32,000 bases of DNA from Candidatus Saccharimonadota bacterium (GCA_004563595.2 CP042461.1:720001-752000), one strand, 5' to 3'. Counted from the stretch's first letter, positions 1 to 9,363 are shown. Made by a program: numbers and translations. The notes: generated by a model not told the origin, from the letters alone.

Positions 1-578
1 AATTCAGAATAAAATTGAATGAGTGAATCTCATAGCTTTGTAATCTCTTTTCATCATTTAACAATATTATAACCATTTGTTATATTTTCATTCTGAATGA
101 TCAGAAGAGGTTTTAGAAGTATATCTGCCAGAATAAAATCAAATCTAGCATTGTTAAAAGCTTTTTTTACTTCTTCCAAATTCATTGATTCCTCTTTGAT
201 AGCTTGGAGTTTATTATATCATGAATAAATAAATCATTGAACTATAAATTTAAATGAAATAATAAATATAAATATTCAAATAAAGACCCCTATCCATAAG
301 CGGGAAGATTTTATATTTAGAAAATGAGTATTATCATTATTTTCTTGTATATTAATATCTTTATTAAATTTAGATTTTGTAAATCAATCAAAATTTTGTG
401 TATTATTTTTATGTATTTGAACATATTTTGATTGAGATAAATTAATTTCTTTTTTATTCAGAGTTATATCATTTGTAGAGTTTCATTTCAATTGATTCAC
501 TGTAATATCTGTGATATCATCTTCTCGCCTCATATCAATGTCTTTTTCTAAATTTGTCTCTATGTCATTTATTTTCAT
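1..578 (-). CDS. hypothetical single-pass membrane protein (3' end runs off the window)
   Basis: Table-25 translation from the ATG at complement 576-578 gives MKINDIETNLEKDIDMRREDD... The frame stays open to position 1 when TGA=Gly. There is one hydrophobic span, LWIGVFIGIFIFIISFKFIV. No family recognised, and it is not dnaN. Confidence 0.5.
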
Positions 579-631
579 TCGTAAAAACGCTAAGAATATT
601 TAGCTTTATAGTAAAGAAAAAAGGTATTTTC

Positions 632-665
632 ACAAATAAAAAAAACTGGTATTTTCCAGTTTTTC
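632..665 (-). terminator. rho-independent terminator downstream of dnaA
   Basis: Stem aaaactgg (642-649) pairs with ccagtttt (656-663). On the minus strand it is followed by a T-run (ttttttttatttgtg). It lies 15 nt after the dnaA stop. Confidence 0.6.
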
Positions 666-679
666 TTATTTGTAATATA

Positions 680-2098
680 TTATAATCAAATACTATCTCT
701 AATTCTATTTACTTCTTGAAGTAACACTTGATCTTTTTTGATTATCTTCTGAAGTTTATTACATGAGTAAAGAACAGATGCATGATTTCTTCCAGAAAAG
801 ATATTTCAAATTCTTTCATAAGTATAATTCATTTTTGTTTTTAACAAATACATAGTGATTTGTCTTGGTATCATAAATTCTTTTCTTCTATTTCCTCAAA
901 GAATTCATTCTCTTTCAATTCAAAAATGATTACTTACTGCATCAATGATATCTTCATAACTTTTTATAGTTGTTCTTTCTTTTGATTTTCAACTTCCGAG
1001 TAAGTCAGTTGTAAAACTTAGTTTTTTAAGTTGAGCAGAAATCCTTAGGAGAGTTGGTCCATTTCAAGTAAGTTCATATTCAGCGATCATTTGATTTAAT
1101 ACTCACTCTAATTCCCTTACATTTTCAACAACATTTGCTGCAATAAACTCCGCTACATCTTGAGGGATCATAAATTCTCTTTCCCTTGCTTTTTCTTGTA
1201 AGATAGCAAGTCTCGTTTCAAAATCTGGTTTTCAAATATCAACAGTAATTCCCCACTCAAATCTACTTCTGAGTCTTGGTTCTAGTTCTGTAAGCTCTTT
1301 TGGTGCCCTATCTCAACTAATAATAATTTGTTTATTTGAATCGTAGAGAAGATTGAAAATATTATATAATTCATTTTGTGTTTGTTCCTTTTTTGCTAAG
1401 AATTGTACATCATCAATAATAAGTACATCTATTTCTCTATACTTTAGTCTTAACCTTTCTATACTTCTTTTTTTAACAGATGTTACATATTCAGTAATAA
1501 ACTTATCTGCTGTAGTATACATCACATTTTTATCTTTGAATTTTTTCATAACTGCATTTCAGGCAGCTTGTAATAAATGTGTTTTTCCAAGTCATACGTC
1601 TCCATAAATGTAGAGTGGATTATATGAATGTCATGGATTTTTACAGACAGCTTCTGCTGCAGAAAATGCAAGTTGATTATCACCTCAAACAATAAAATTG
1701 TTCAAACTATATCTATCATTAATACATTTAGCAGTTTTTCATGAAATGTTCATTATATCATTTCATGAAATTTTTTTAGCTTTTTTAGCTTTTGCATTTG
1801 TTTTATAAAAACTTGCACAATCAACTACATTTGTACTTGATGGGTTGTCAATATTTTGATCTACTTTGAATTCAATTCTTTCAACTGTAGGAATTTCTTT
1901 TTTTGTATTCTGTAAAATTTGGTCGTAAAATTTTGCTTCAAGATTATCTTTCATAAATGCTGATACAACTCAAAAAGTTACTTTTGTGTCTGTAGCATCC
2001 AAAAGAGACATTTTTCTAAAATAGACTAAGAAGTCTTGTTTTTTTAGATCATCTATTAAGAACGTTATTATATTTTTTAATTTATAGTGTTTTTCCAT
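680..2098 (-). CDS. dnaA: chromosomal replication initiator protein DnaA (472 aa)
   Basis: Continuous table-25 frame of 1419 nt. Walker A is [14 protein letters not shown], with the Gly before LGKT encoded by TGA at 1592-1594. Walker B region is [27 protein letters not shown]. The C-terminal DNA-binding signature is [16 protein letters not shown]. Stop is TAA at complement 680-682. Confidence 0.95.
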
Positions 2099-2387
2099 TT
2101 TTTATAATTCTGTTCTATATTAAAAATGCATCCTCTATTTTGTCATTAGCCTGTTTTGAGCTGCAAACAGTTTATAAAAAAAAACATATGCGTCAAAGTT
2201 ATATTTTTCCTTGACATTGTTTCGGTGTTTAAGTTTGTTGAACGTCTATCTTATCTTTCGCTTTAGACTAAAGAATAGTCATTATTTTAATGAAAACATT
2301 TTTCTTTATCTAAGATGGAAATAGTATACTATATTTTTGAAAAAAATAAAATAAATTTTTAATTTTATAACTCATAGATATACTGCT
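2099..2387. promoter_or_regulatory. dnaA-upstream intergenic region: candidate oriC/DUE and divergent promoters (unresolved)
   Basis: A 289-bp non-coding gap sits next to dnaA, with a pure A/T tract around 2333-2370. I found no canonical TTATCCACA boxes by eye, only degenerate ttatc-containing sites near 2260 and 2310. Confidence 0.25.
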
Positions 2388-2775
2388 CACAGCAAGGGCA
2401 GGTACCTACCTATTTTTCTTTGAAAATTAGGAGGAAAGTCTGGACATCATGAGGATAATCGTAGAAGATAACTACTTCGGCTTACATATATAATTCATAA
2501 AATGTAAGTACCACTAGTGCCACAGAGACTATACTAATTCTAACTCGTTAGAATGAAAGGTGAAAAGTCATTTGATGTAAGCAATTGCTACAAATGATGC
2601 TATGATGTGAGTTATAGCGTTGGTAAACTGTACGTGATGCAATGGGAATGGTATTTTTATTTTGATACATCCTCTACTGCAATATAAAGATATACTCAGC
2701 TCGAGCATATGGGTGACCATATGCCTAGATAGATTGGTACCTAGATACAGAATCCGGCTTATTACTCTTGCTAAA
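2388..2775 (+). ncRNA. rnpB: RNase P RNA, bacterial type A
   Basis: Universal motifs occur in the correct order: ggaggaaagtctggac (compare GAGGAAAGUCCGGGC), agtgccacagagac, aaggtgaaaag, ggtaaactg, gcctagatagatt and acagaatccggcttat (compare ACAGAACCCGGCUUAU). P1 pairs agcaaggg (2391-2398) with ctcttgct (2765-2772). P2 pairs aggtacc with ggtacct. Confidence 0.9.
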
Positions 2776-2794
2776 TTAAAAATTTTTGGTATAT

Positions 2795-2830
2795 TCCCTT
2801 TTGTAAAAACGCAAAGGGGATTTATTTATT
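2795..2830 (+). terminator. rho-independent terminator after rnpB
   Basis: Hairpin tcccttttg...caaagggga is followed by tttatttatt. Confidence 0.55.
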
Positions 2831-2843
2831 AAAGAATATAAAT

Positions 2844-3452
2844 ATGAAATTAGTGTTTACATGAATACAAGGTTGTGGGAAATGAACTCAAGCGAGATTT
2901 CTCGTTGAAAACCATGGTTTTACTCTCGTTGAAATGGGGTGAGAATTTAGAAAAATTATAGCAAGTTGAAGTAACTTATGATTACAACTTAAAGAAATAT
3001 TAGACTCATGAGCACAGGTAAATGCTGAAATGTGAATCGCAGTCATGGAAGAAGCTATTGCAAGACAAACAAATGAGAAAATAATATTTGATGCATTTGT
3101 AAGAAATGATTGGAATAAAGTAATTTTTGACAGAGAATTACCGGAATACCAAGTAATTTTCTTTAATTTATCAGAAGAAAAAGCAAAACAAAGGCTTCTC
3201 GGAAGAATGTTTAATTCCACAACAGGTGAGACTTTTCCTTATGGAACAAAAATAGATCCAAAAACAGGAGAAAAACTCATTCATAGAAGTGATGATAATG
3301 AGGAATCTATCCTTAAAAGAATAGAAGAATATACAACAAAAACTCTTCCTATTCTAGAGTTACAAAAAAAAGAATGAAGGGTCCTTGAAATTAATGCTGA
3401 TCAGTCGGTAGAAGAAGTAGCAAAAGAAATTGAAGAAAAACTAGGATTATAA
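2844..3452 (+). CDS. adk: adenylate kinase (202 aa)
   Basis: The protein starts MKLVFTGIQGCGKGTQARFL (P-loop), with two of the P-loop Gly encoded by TGA (2862-2864 and 2883-2885). Also present are HRSDDNEESILKRIEEYTTKTLPIL and EINADQSVEEV. The frame matches track ORF 3045-3377. Confidence 0.9.
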
Positions 3453-3467
3453 TATAATAATAAAACA

Positions 3468-4622
3468 ATGTATTGATTTCTTCTATGAAGAGAGTTTAAA
3501 TTATCTCAAGCTGAATTACTCACTGTATTTTCAAGTAATAGTATTGTATATCAAAGTAAAGAGATTTTGATCTTAGATTGATTAAAAAAAGATGATATTC
3601 TAAATACAGCATCTTTTTTATGATGAACGATTAAAATTATTGAAATAGTTGAATCTGAAGAGACAATAGAAAACCTCATACTTGATTGCGTAAATACAGA
3701 TACAAAATTTAAATATGGTCTGAGTCTCTATGGAGAAAAAAAATCACTCAAAGAAATTCTTAATAAGACAAAGAAACTTCTAAAAGAAGGGTGAATTTCA
3801 TCACGTTTCGTAAACAAAGATTTTAACAACCTCAGTTCAGCTCAAATTAAGTGAGAAAATCTTATAAGAAAAGAAACTGACTTTACTTATATTATAACTT
3901 CAAAAGTAAATTATTTCTGAAAATCTATTTGGGTACAGGATATTGATTCATATTCATCTAGGGATTATTCAAAAGAAAGAGATATGCAGGTTGGTATGCT
4001 TCCACCAAAGTTATCACAAATGATGGTGAATTTATCAGAATGAACTACGGTATATGACCCATTTGTATGACTGGGTACTATCCTCATAGAATCTCTTCTT
4101 ATGTGAAATAAAAAAGTATTCTGAAGTGATCTCAGTGAAAAAATGGTAGAAACGTCTACTGCAAATATCAAGAAACTTATTTCTGAAAAATCACTGAATG
4201 CTGACTTGGATATATTTAAGCTCAATGCTAAATTTATAGAAGAATCTGAGTATTTTAATGAATGAGTTGATGCTATTGTTACAGAGTGATATCTTGGTGA
4301 GATAATGACAAAGAAAAACATTGCTCCTGATAGAGTACAAAAACAAAGGGATCCTCTTGAGAAAATATATCAAGCATTCTTTGCCTGACTACAAAAAATT
4401 AACTATTCATGAGCTATTGTAATATCTTTTCCATTTTGGGAAATCAGATGAAAATATTATTATTTTGACGAGGTATATAAAATACTATGAAAATATTGTG
4501 AAGTACTTCCCTACTTCCCTACTGACTATCAAGTCCAAGCTTCAAAGTCATGAAGTCTATTATATAAGAGACCAAGTCAATTAGTTTGAAGAGAAATATT
4601 TAAATTAAGAATGAAAAAATAA
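3468..4622 (+). CDS. SAM-dependent RNA methyltransferase, UPF0020/Trm11-like (384 aa)
   Basis: The table-25 frame is continuous and contains 20 in-frame TGA codons. Motif I is VYDPFVGLGTILIES. The motif IV region is DAIVTEGYLGE, in place of (D/N)PPYG. The substrate cannot be assigned by eye. Confidence 0.65.
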
Positions 4623-4647
4623 AACACCAAAATTGGTGTTTTTTATT
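4621..4647 (+). terminator. rho-independent terminator after the methyltransferase gene
   Basis: Stem aacacca (4623-4629) pairs with tggtgtt (4634-4640) around a 4-nt loop, followed by a tttttt run. Confidence 0.7.
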
Positions 4648-4674
4648 TGACTTAACAAATAAACATTTTATACT
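4647..4674 (+). promoter_or_regulatory. sigma70-like promoter candidate for the 186-aa membrane protein gene
   Basis: TTGACT (4647-4652), a 16-nt spacer, then TATACT (4669-4674). Confidence 0.35.
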
Positions 4675-4766
4675 TTCCCCGCTATACATTTTAGTATAAA
4701 AAAATCGAGTAGCTAAATGACTATAAATCATTTTGTTATTTATATTTGGGAAAAAGGGGAAAGTTA

Positions 4767-5327
4767 ATGTCTAAAACAAAAATATTTTTTCTTGCAATTT
4801 TTATAGTAATTCTTAATGCACTACCTACAATAGGAATTGTAGTTACTAATTACCTTAACGAAGGCTTGATGCCTCATGTTATTGGATTAATAATGTTTGC
4901 GTGGATAATTGCAACATTCGTAATGGCAGAGTATTTAAGAAATCAAGATACCTTAAATACGATTGACATAGCATCTTCTATACTTTCTTTTGGAGCTGGG
5001 TGTACTTTAGTATTCCATTTCTATGATATGGATATATTAGCTTTGGGAACTATTGGCTCAGTTATTGATTATAATAGAGATTTAACTATCTATACTCAAT
5101 TATTTGGTTCATTCATCGATTCAATTTTGATTGGTATTTTTATAAATTTTTATAAAAATATACGAAAAAAACAAGAATACTCCATAAAAAATGAAGCGGT
5201 TGAAAATAAACAAATCATTGCATTAGAAAATACAATAACTGATTTAGAAGATGACAATACAGATCTGAGGGCAGAACTAGAAAAAAGCAATCGGAAAATG
5301 AATAAAGAATCTGCTATTGCTGCATAA
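4767..5327 (+). CDS. hypothetical multi-pass membrane protein with C-terminal coiled coil (186 aa); TGA-free
   Basis: ATG at 4767 lies 6 nt after the SD-like aagggga. There are 4-5 hydrophobic spans (IFFLAIFIVILNALPTIGIVV and others). The acidic/basic heptad-like tail is ENKQIIALENTITDLEDDNTDLRAELEKSNRK. The gene ends in a double TAA TAA stop. All 9 Gly are GGN. Confidence 0.7.
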   Translation: MSKTKIFFLAIFIVILNALPTIGIVVTNYLNEGLMPHVIGLIMFAWIIATFVMAEYLRNQDTLNTIDIASSILSFGAGCTLVFHFYDMDILALGTIGSVIDYNRDLTIYTQLFGSFIDSILIGIFINFYKNIRKKQEYSIKNEAVENKQIIALENTITDLEDDNTDLRAELEKSNRKMNKESAIAA

Positions 5328-5344
5328 TAATTGACTTAACTAAA

Positions 5345-5378
5345 ATAAAGACTGGATTACTCTAGTCTTTATTTTTTA
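5345..5378 (+). terminator. rho-independent terminator
   Basis: Stem ataaagact (5345-5353) pairs with agtctttat (5364-5372), followed by a T-run. Confidence 0.6.
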
Positions 5379-5531
5379 TATTAACTCACCCTTAATCATA
5401 TATCTAACCAACTCCACTAACTCAACATTTACTAAGTCTCATATTTTCACTCAATCTTCATCTACTTTAAAAACACCTCTTTAAAGTATCTCGTTCTTTC
5501 AAAAACAATATAAGTCCTTGAATCATCAACC
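5376..5531 (-). pseudogene. duplicated, frameshifted 3' fragment of miaB (TRAM-domain end)
   Basis: The minus strand reads ...KVDEDGVKIGDLVNVELVELVRYMIKGELI*, against ...[30 protein letters not shown] at the real miaB end (6240-6396). A 1-nt deletion (tttttt to ttttt) breaks the frame upstream. There is no start codon and no upstream gene body. Confidence 0.75.
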
Positions 5532-5550
5532 AGGTAGAATAATTTTTAAC

Positions 5551-5578
5551 TTGACTTTATAGAAAAATATCCTATATT
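5551..5578 (+). promoter_or_regulatory. sigma70-like promoter candidate for the 177-aa membrane protein gene
   Basis: TTGACT (5551-5556), a 16-nt spacer, then TATATT (5573-5578). Confidence 0.4.
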
Positions 5579-5636
5579 TTTAGTACATTTTTTTAGCATT
5601 AGTCTATTATGAAATAAACAGATTAGGAGAAAAACA

Positions 5637-6170
5637 ATGGTACTTGAAATAAAGCAAGAAACAGCTCTCAAAAATACGAGAAGTATTAATTTTCGTGAAT
5701 GGTTAGACCTATTTAAAAAATTGAAGAAACAAGTAACTTCATTAATAGTACACTGCCTACCCATAATTCTTACTTCATTTATTTATATATTTGATATTTT
5801 TTCAAATATAGGAACTGAATGTATGATAATGACACCTGATACATTTTCTACTGCAAGAGCGATGATATTTACAATACTAATACTATGGGTATTTCGTTCA
5901 AGATTCTTTGCAAGTGATTTAAATCCATCACGAAAGAAAGTATTAACAGGTATTATTAGTTCTATTCTTAATTTCGCATTTATAGTCTGCTGTATGACGA
6001 TAGGGTTAATAGATTATCATCTAGATTCTGGCTTAACTCGCCAAGATTATTATAGTATAATTTTTCTGATTTCTATTGCTAGTATGGCAAATATTGGATT
6101 TGTATTAAATACAAATAGAGAACTCTTTCTCGTAAATAAAAATGTTAATAAAAATAGGGTAGTAAACTGA
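5637..6170 (+). CDS. hypothetical 4-TM membrane protein (177 aa if TGA stops; 203 aa to TAA 6246-6248 if TGA=Gly); TGA-free body
   Basis: ATG lies 6 nt after SD aggaga (5625-5630). The basic N-terminus is followed by four hydrophobic spans. All 5 Gly are GGN. The first in-frame TGA (6168-6170) sits exactly where a standard-code stop would be, just before the terminator hairpin. Confidence 0.7.
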   Translation: MVLEIKQETALKNTRSINFREWLDLFKKLKKQVTSLIVHCLPIILTSFIYIFDIFSNIGTECMIMTPDTFSTARAMIFTILILWVFRSRFFASDLNPSRKKVLTGIISSILNFAFIVCCMTIGLIDYHLDSGLTRQDYYSIIFLISIASMANIGFVLNTNRELFLVNKNVNKNRVVN

Positions 6171-6206
6171 AATAATAATGACTCAAAATTAAAAGTCATT
6201 CGTACC

Positions 6207-6236
6207 AAAAAAAGCGTATCATTGATACGCTTTTTT
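6207..6236. terminator. bidirectional rho-independent terminator (gene at 5637 and miaB)
   Basis: Stem aaagcgtatc (6211-6220) pairs with gatacgcttt (6224-6233), flanked by an A-run on one side and a T-run on the other. Confidence 0.7.
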
Positions 6237-6239
6237 AAT

Positions 6240-6396
6240 TTATACTAATTCACCCTTGATAACATATCTATCTAACTCTACTAATTTAACATTTACTAAA
6301 TCTCATACTTTTACGCTTCCCTCTTCTGCTTTAAAAAAGACCTCTTTAAAATTTCTTGTCCTTCAGAAATAATATCAATCCTTAAATCAATTCACA
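6240..6396 (-). repeat. copy B of the roughly 155-bp miaB 3'-end direct repeat (copy A is 5376-5531)
   Basis: By-eye alignment gives about 75-80% identity with one indel. Both copies start right after a terminator hairpin. Confidence 0.75.
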
Positions 6397-7694
6397 AGTA
6401 TTTCTTGAACTGAATCAAGCATTCTCCCATTTCTCTTTATAACATTTTCCAATAATACATCATTCAGTATATGCCATCTCTCTGCTTTTACAGAATCAGG
6501 AACATCGTCAGGATATATCTTACTTGCTATAGTCCCCTTTCTTACTGAATATCTCGCAGTATATGCAAAATCAAACTCACATTCACGGAATGCTTTTATA
6601 GTATCTTGAAACATCTCTTCTGTTTCTCATGAATATCAAACAATAATATCTGTTGATATTGAGAAAAAAGGGTCCTTTGATCTGAGATACTCTACTTGTT
6701 TTTTGAAGTCCTCATATGTATGTCTTCTATTCATTTTCTTTAGTAGAGTATTACTTCCAGATTGAAGAGCAAAATGAAGATAATTACATGAAGAATCTAA
6801 CTTATGATGAGCATCTAAGATATCCTGAGTCATATCATGAGGATTACTTGAAGTAAAACGGATTCTATCTAATCCTTCTAGTTCATTTAAGTCATCAAGA
6901 AGTTTTCTAAATGGTGATTTTCATAATCCATCATTCCACATGGACTTTTCTTCATTCCAAAGTTTTATATTCGATTGTTTTCAATATGAATTTACATTTT
7001 GTCATACAAGACTAATTTCTTTGGTCCCATTTGCAACAAGTTCGCGAGCCTCTGATATGATTTCATCATGTGATCTACTAATTTCTTTCCCTCTTGTATA
7101 TGGGACAATACAAAAGGTACAATAATTATCACATCATGTTTGAACTATGACTGAAGCTGAGTATGGATTTTCTCTAAGTTGCTTAGATTTAAGATAATCA
7201 TCGAACTTATCATCTGATCATATGGCTTCTCAATGAATATGAGTCAGAATAAATGATAAATATTTAACCTCTTCTATTCTCAAAGTAAAATCTAAGCTCT
7301 CTAGTCTTGGAAATAATTTATCATCATTATTAAATATTCCATTTTTATCTGTAATATATTGAATTTTTCTTGCTCTTTTTCTATTTATATCCTCAGCAAG
7401 GTACATTTTATGGAGTCATGTCTTTCTGACCATACAACCTGTAATCCCAGTAATAATTCTTTTAGGATTTCCATCGATTTCTCTCTGAGCATTTTCTTTT
7501 CTGATTTCTTCCGACATACCAAAAACTCTATCTTCTCATTTTTGCCTTACAGAACAGGTATTATATATCACTAAATCCGCATCTCTCCATTCTGATGTTT
7601 TTATAAGACCTGATTGTAACAAGATCATATTGATCTTCTCGCTATCAGCTTTGTTCATCTCACAACCAAATGTCTTTATATAGTATTTTTTCAT
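6240..7694 (-). CDS. miaB: tRNA-2-methylthio-N6-dimethylallyladenosine synthase MiaB (radical SAM methylthiotransferase, 484 aa)
   Basis: N-terminus is [21 protein letters not shown]...[18 protein letters not shown]. The radical-SAM cluster is [19 protein letters not shown]-terminal TRAM domain is present. The 1455-nt frame agrees with track ORFs 6387-6614 and 6636-6833. Confidence 0.9.
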
Positions 7695-7801
7695 TGCTAT
7701 TATTATGTGTAAATATTTGTAGTATTGTATCTAAAAATAATTTTTGTAAAGGGCTTCATGAGACATACCAAATATATCTCATAAATATAATTTCCTGATT
7801 C

Positions 7802-7830
7802 TTGACAAAAGAATAATGTTCTGTTAATAT
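7802..7830 (+). promoter_or_regulatory. sigma70-like promoter candidate
   Basis: TTGACA (7802-7807), a 17-nt spacer, then TAATAT (7825-7830), upstream of the 7882 gene. Confidence 0.4.
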
Positions 7831-7881
7831 AGTTTATATATAATGAAAATATAATAATTTTACTACTAAGATTAAGTACCA

Positions 7882-8265
7882 ATGGAGAATTCAGGGACTA
7901 CTAATACATTTAGTAAAAATCAGTGAGTTTTAACTACGCTTCTTGATAGTGACTTCAATAGGTTTGATAAGATTAAAATTAAATGAGAACCATTTTGAAT
8001 AATCTCAATAAAAAGAATAGTGCATGCTAGGTGATTTATGATACGATATTGAGTAAATGCACACCCTGCTCTACGAGCAAAAGAGCTTGCTGTTACACTA
8101 GGTCAATTTAATAAAATACTACATCAACCGGGTAATACTAAAATAGGACTAGAACTGAGCTCTCCAACCCTAATAATAACAGGTACAATGCTGAATAAAA
8201 AAATTGAATGAGTAGTTGAAGATATCAATAAAAATGCAAATAAAACTCTTAATAGAGATCGTTAG
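7882..8265 (+). CDS. hypothetical protein (127 aa)
   Basis: Table-25 ORF MENSGTTNTFSKNQGVLTTLLDSDF... contains 6 in-frame TGA codons and ends in TAG. It overlaps dcd convergently by 17 nt. No family recognised. Confidence 0.5.
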
Positions 8266-8824
8266 AAATTCTACTCTCTTCAGGAAGCACTTGGTTCATA
8301 TACTTGCTTCCTTTTCTTTTGTCATAAGTATTTTCAACTTCTCATACAATAGTTTCAAAAGCGAACTGCCCAATCCTCATACCTGTATATAGAGCAATAG
8401 GAACTTCATTTATATTTGTCATTTCCAAAGTGATAGTCCCCTCAAATCAAGGATCTATAAACCCTGCTGTTGAATGAATAATAACTCCGAGCCTTCAAAT
8501 AGAACTTCTTCATTCACATCTTGCTACAAGATCGTATGGAATTTTTATTTTTTCAAGAGTCACTCATAATACAAAATCACCCGGATGGAGTACAAACTTA
8601 TCTCAATCTTGAAGTGTAATTGTCTCTACATGATCTGGATCCACTCCATTTCTTGAATCTATTACTGTTTGCCTTGATTTTCTAAAAATCTTAAAAGAAT
8701 TCCCAAGCCTAAAATCTAAACTTGCTGGTCAAATTTGATCAAGGACTTTGTAATCTCATAGAGAGAGAACTTCCATATCTCAAGATTCCAGCCTTCTTCT
8801 TATTTCTGTATCTGATAGTATCAT
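8249..8824 (-). CDS. dcd: dCTP deaminase (191 aa)
   Basis: Motifs seen: MILSDTEIRRRLE, QIGPASLDFRLG and [37 protein letters not shown]. Confidence 0.9.
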
Positions 8825-8846
8825 AATATTATATCAAAAAATTAAA

Positions 8847-9296
8847 TTATTTTATTATTCCAGAAGCAGTATTAATCACTCATGAAGCTGAGTTCACTAC
8901 ATCTTTAAATCTATTTATAAAATCTTCGGTTTCTTCAATTGTTTGGACAGCTCCACTTAAAAATTTTATAGTTGAATTGTAAGTATCCTCTGCACCTGAA
9001 AGAGTTCCTCTCACATCATTTATTTTGTCTCTTGTAAAATCAAGAGTATCAACTACGTTATTTTTAAAATCATGAGCTCCACTCAGAGTTTCTGTATATT
9101 TATTTTCAATTTCATTTTTTGTAGGAATATCAGTGACCGTATTATCAAAAAGATCTTTAAATTCCAAAACTGCTTGATTAAATCAACCGAATCAAAATGC
9201 ATCTTCAATACTATCCGCAACAGTAGGAACTTTGAATATGAGTAATACATACAAAACCAAAACTATAACAAAAAACCAAAATATTTTTTGAATCAT
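8847..9296 (-). CDS. hypothetical N-terminally anchored protein (149 aa)
   Basis: The N-terminal TM segment is MIQKIFWFFVIVLVLYVLLIF. The helical body has three LSGA-containing repeats (TLSGAHD, TLSGAED, FLSGAVQ). It extends track ORF 8880-9167 at both ends through TGA codons. Confidence 0.6.
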
Positions 9297-9363
9297 AAAA
9301 AAATATGAAAAAATAAAACTATATTTCCGATTAAATATAGTTTTATTTCATGAATTATCAAGT

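Noticed and set aside
1-578. Expectation that the gene following dnaA is dnaN (the beta sliding clamp).
   Set aside because: The translated product (MKINDIETNLEKD..., one TM helix) shows none of the clamp family features. A terminator also separates it from dnaA.
626-634. A DnaA box (attttcaca, 8 of 9 to the relaxed TTWTNCACA), and tgtggaatt at about 17630, as origin markers.
   Set aside because: These are single isolated matches, one of them inside the DedA-family coding sequence. They are expected by chance in AT-rich DNA. No cluster was found.
2888-3220. Track ORFs antisense to or out of frame with the table-25 genes: 1353-1607 (+), 2888-3220 (-), 3965-4321 (-), 4191-4373 (-), 5546-5764 (-), 6940-7125 (+), 7359-7574 (+), 11855-12037 (-), 12940-13179 (+), 13319-13525 (+), 14471-15048 (+), 15391-15606 (-), 15760-15984 (+), 16422-16874 (+), 18762-19504 (-), 24437-24724 (-), 27574-27921 (-), 28643-28837 (-), 30489-30680 (-), 31386-31622 (-).
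   Set aside because: Each lies inside a long, motif-supported gene on the other strand or in another frame. Their translations are low-complexity S/F/L/I-rich shadow sequences with no recognisable motifs.
4746-4766. The upstream extension of the track ORF (MGKRGKL...), which starts at a non-ATG codon at 4746.
   Set aside because: The extension consists of the purine-rich SD-like sequence itself. ATG 4767 has proper SD spacing and begins a typical MSKTK plus hydrophobic N-terminus.
5376-6396. A diversity-generating retroelement (template repeat / variable repeat pair), because a gene's 3' end is repeated nearby and DGRs are common in CPR genomes.
   Set aside because: The mismatches between the copies are not confined to adenines of one copy. 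I see G-to-A, A-to-G, C-to-T and T-to-C changes plus an indel. The target is a housekeeping TRAM domain, and no reverse transcriptase is in the window.
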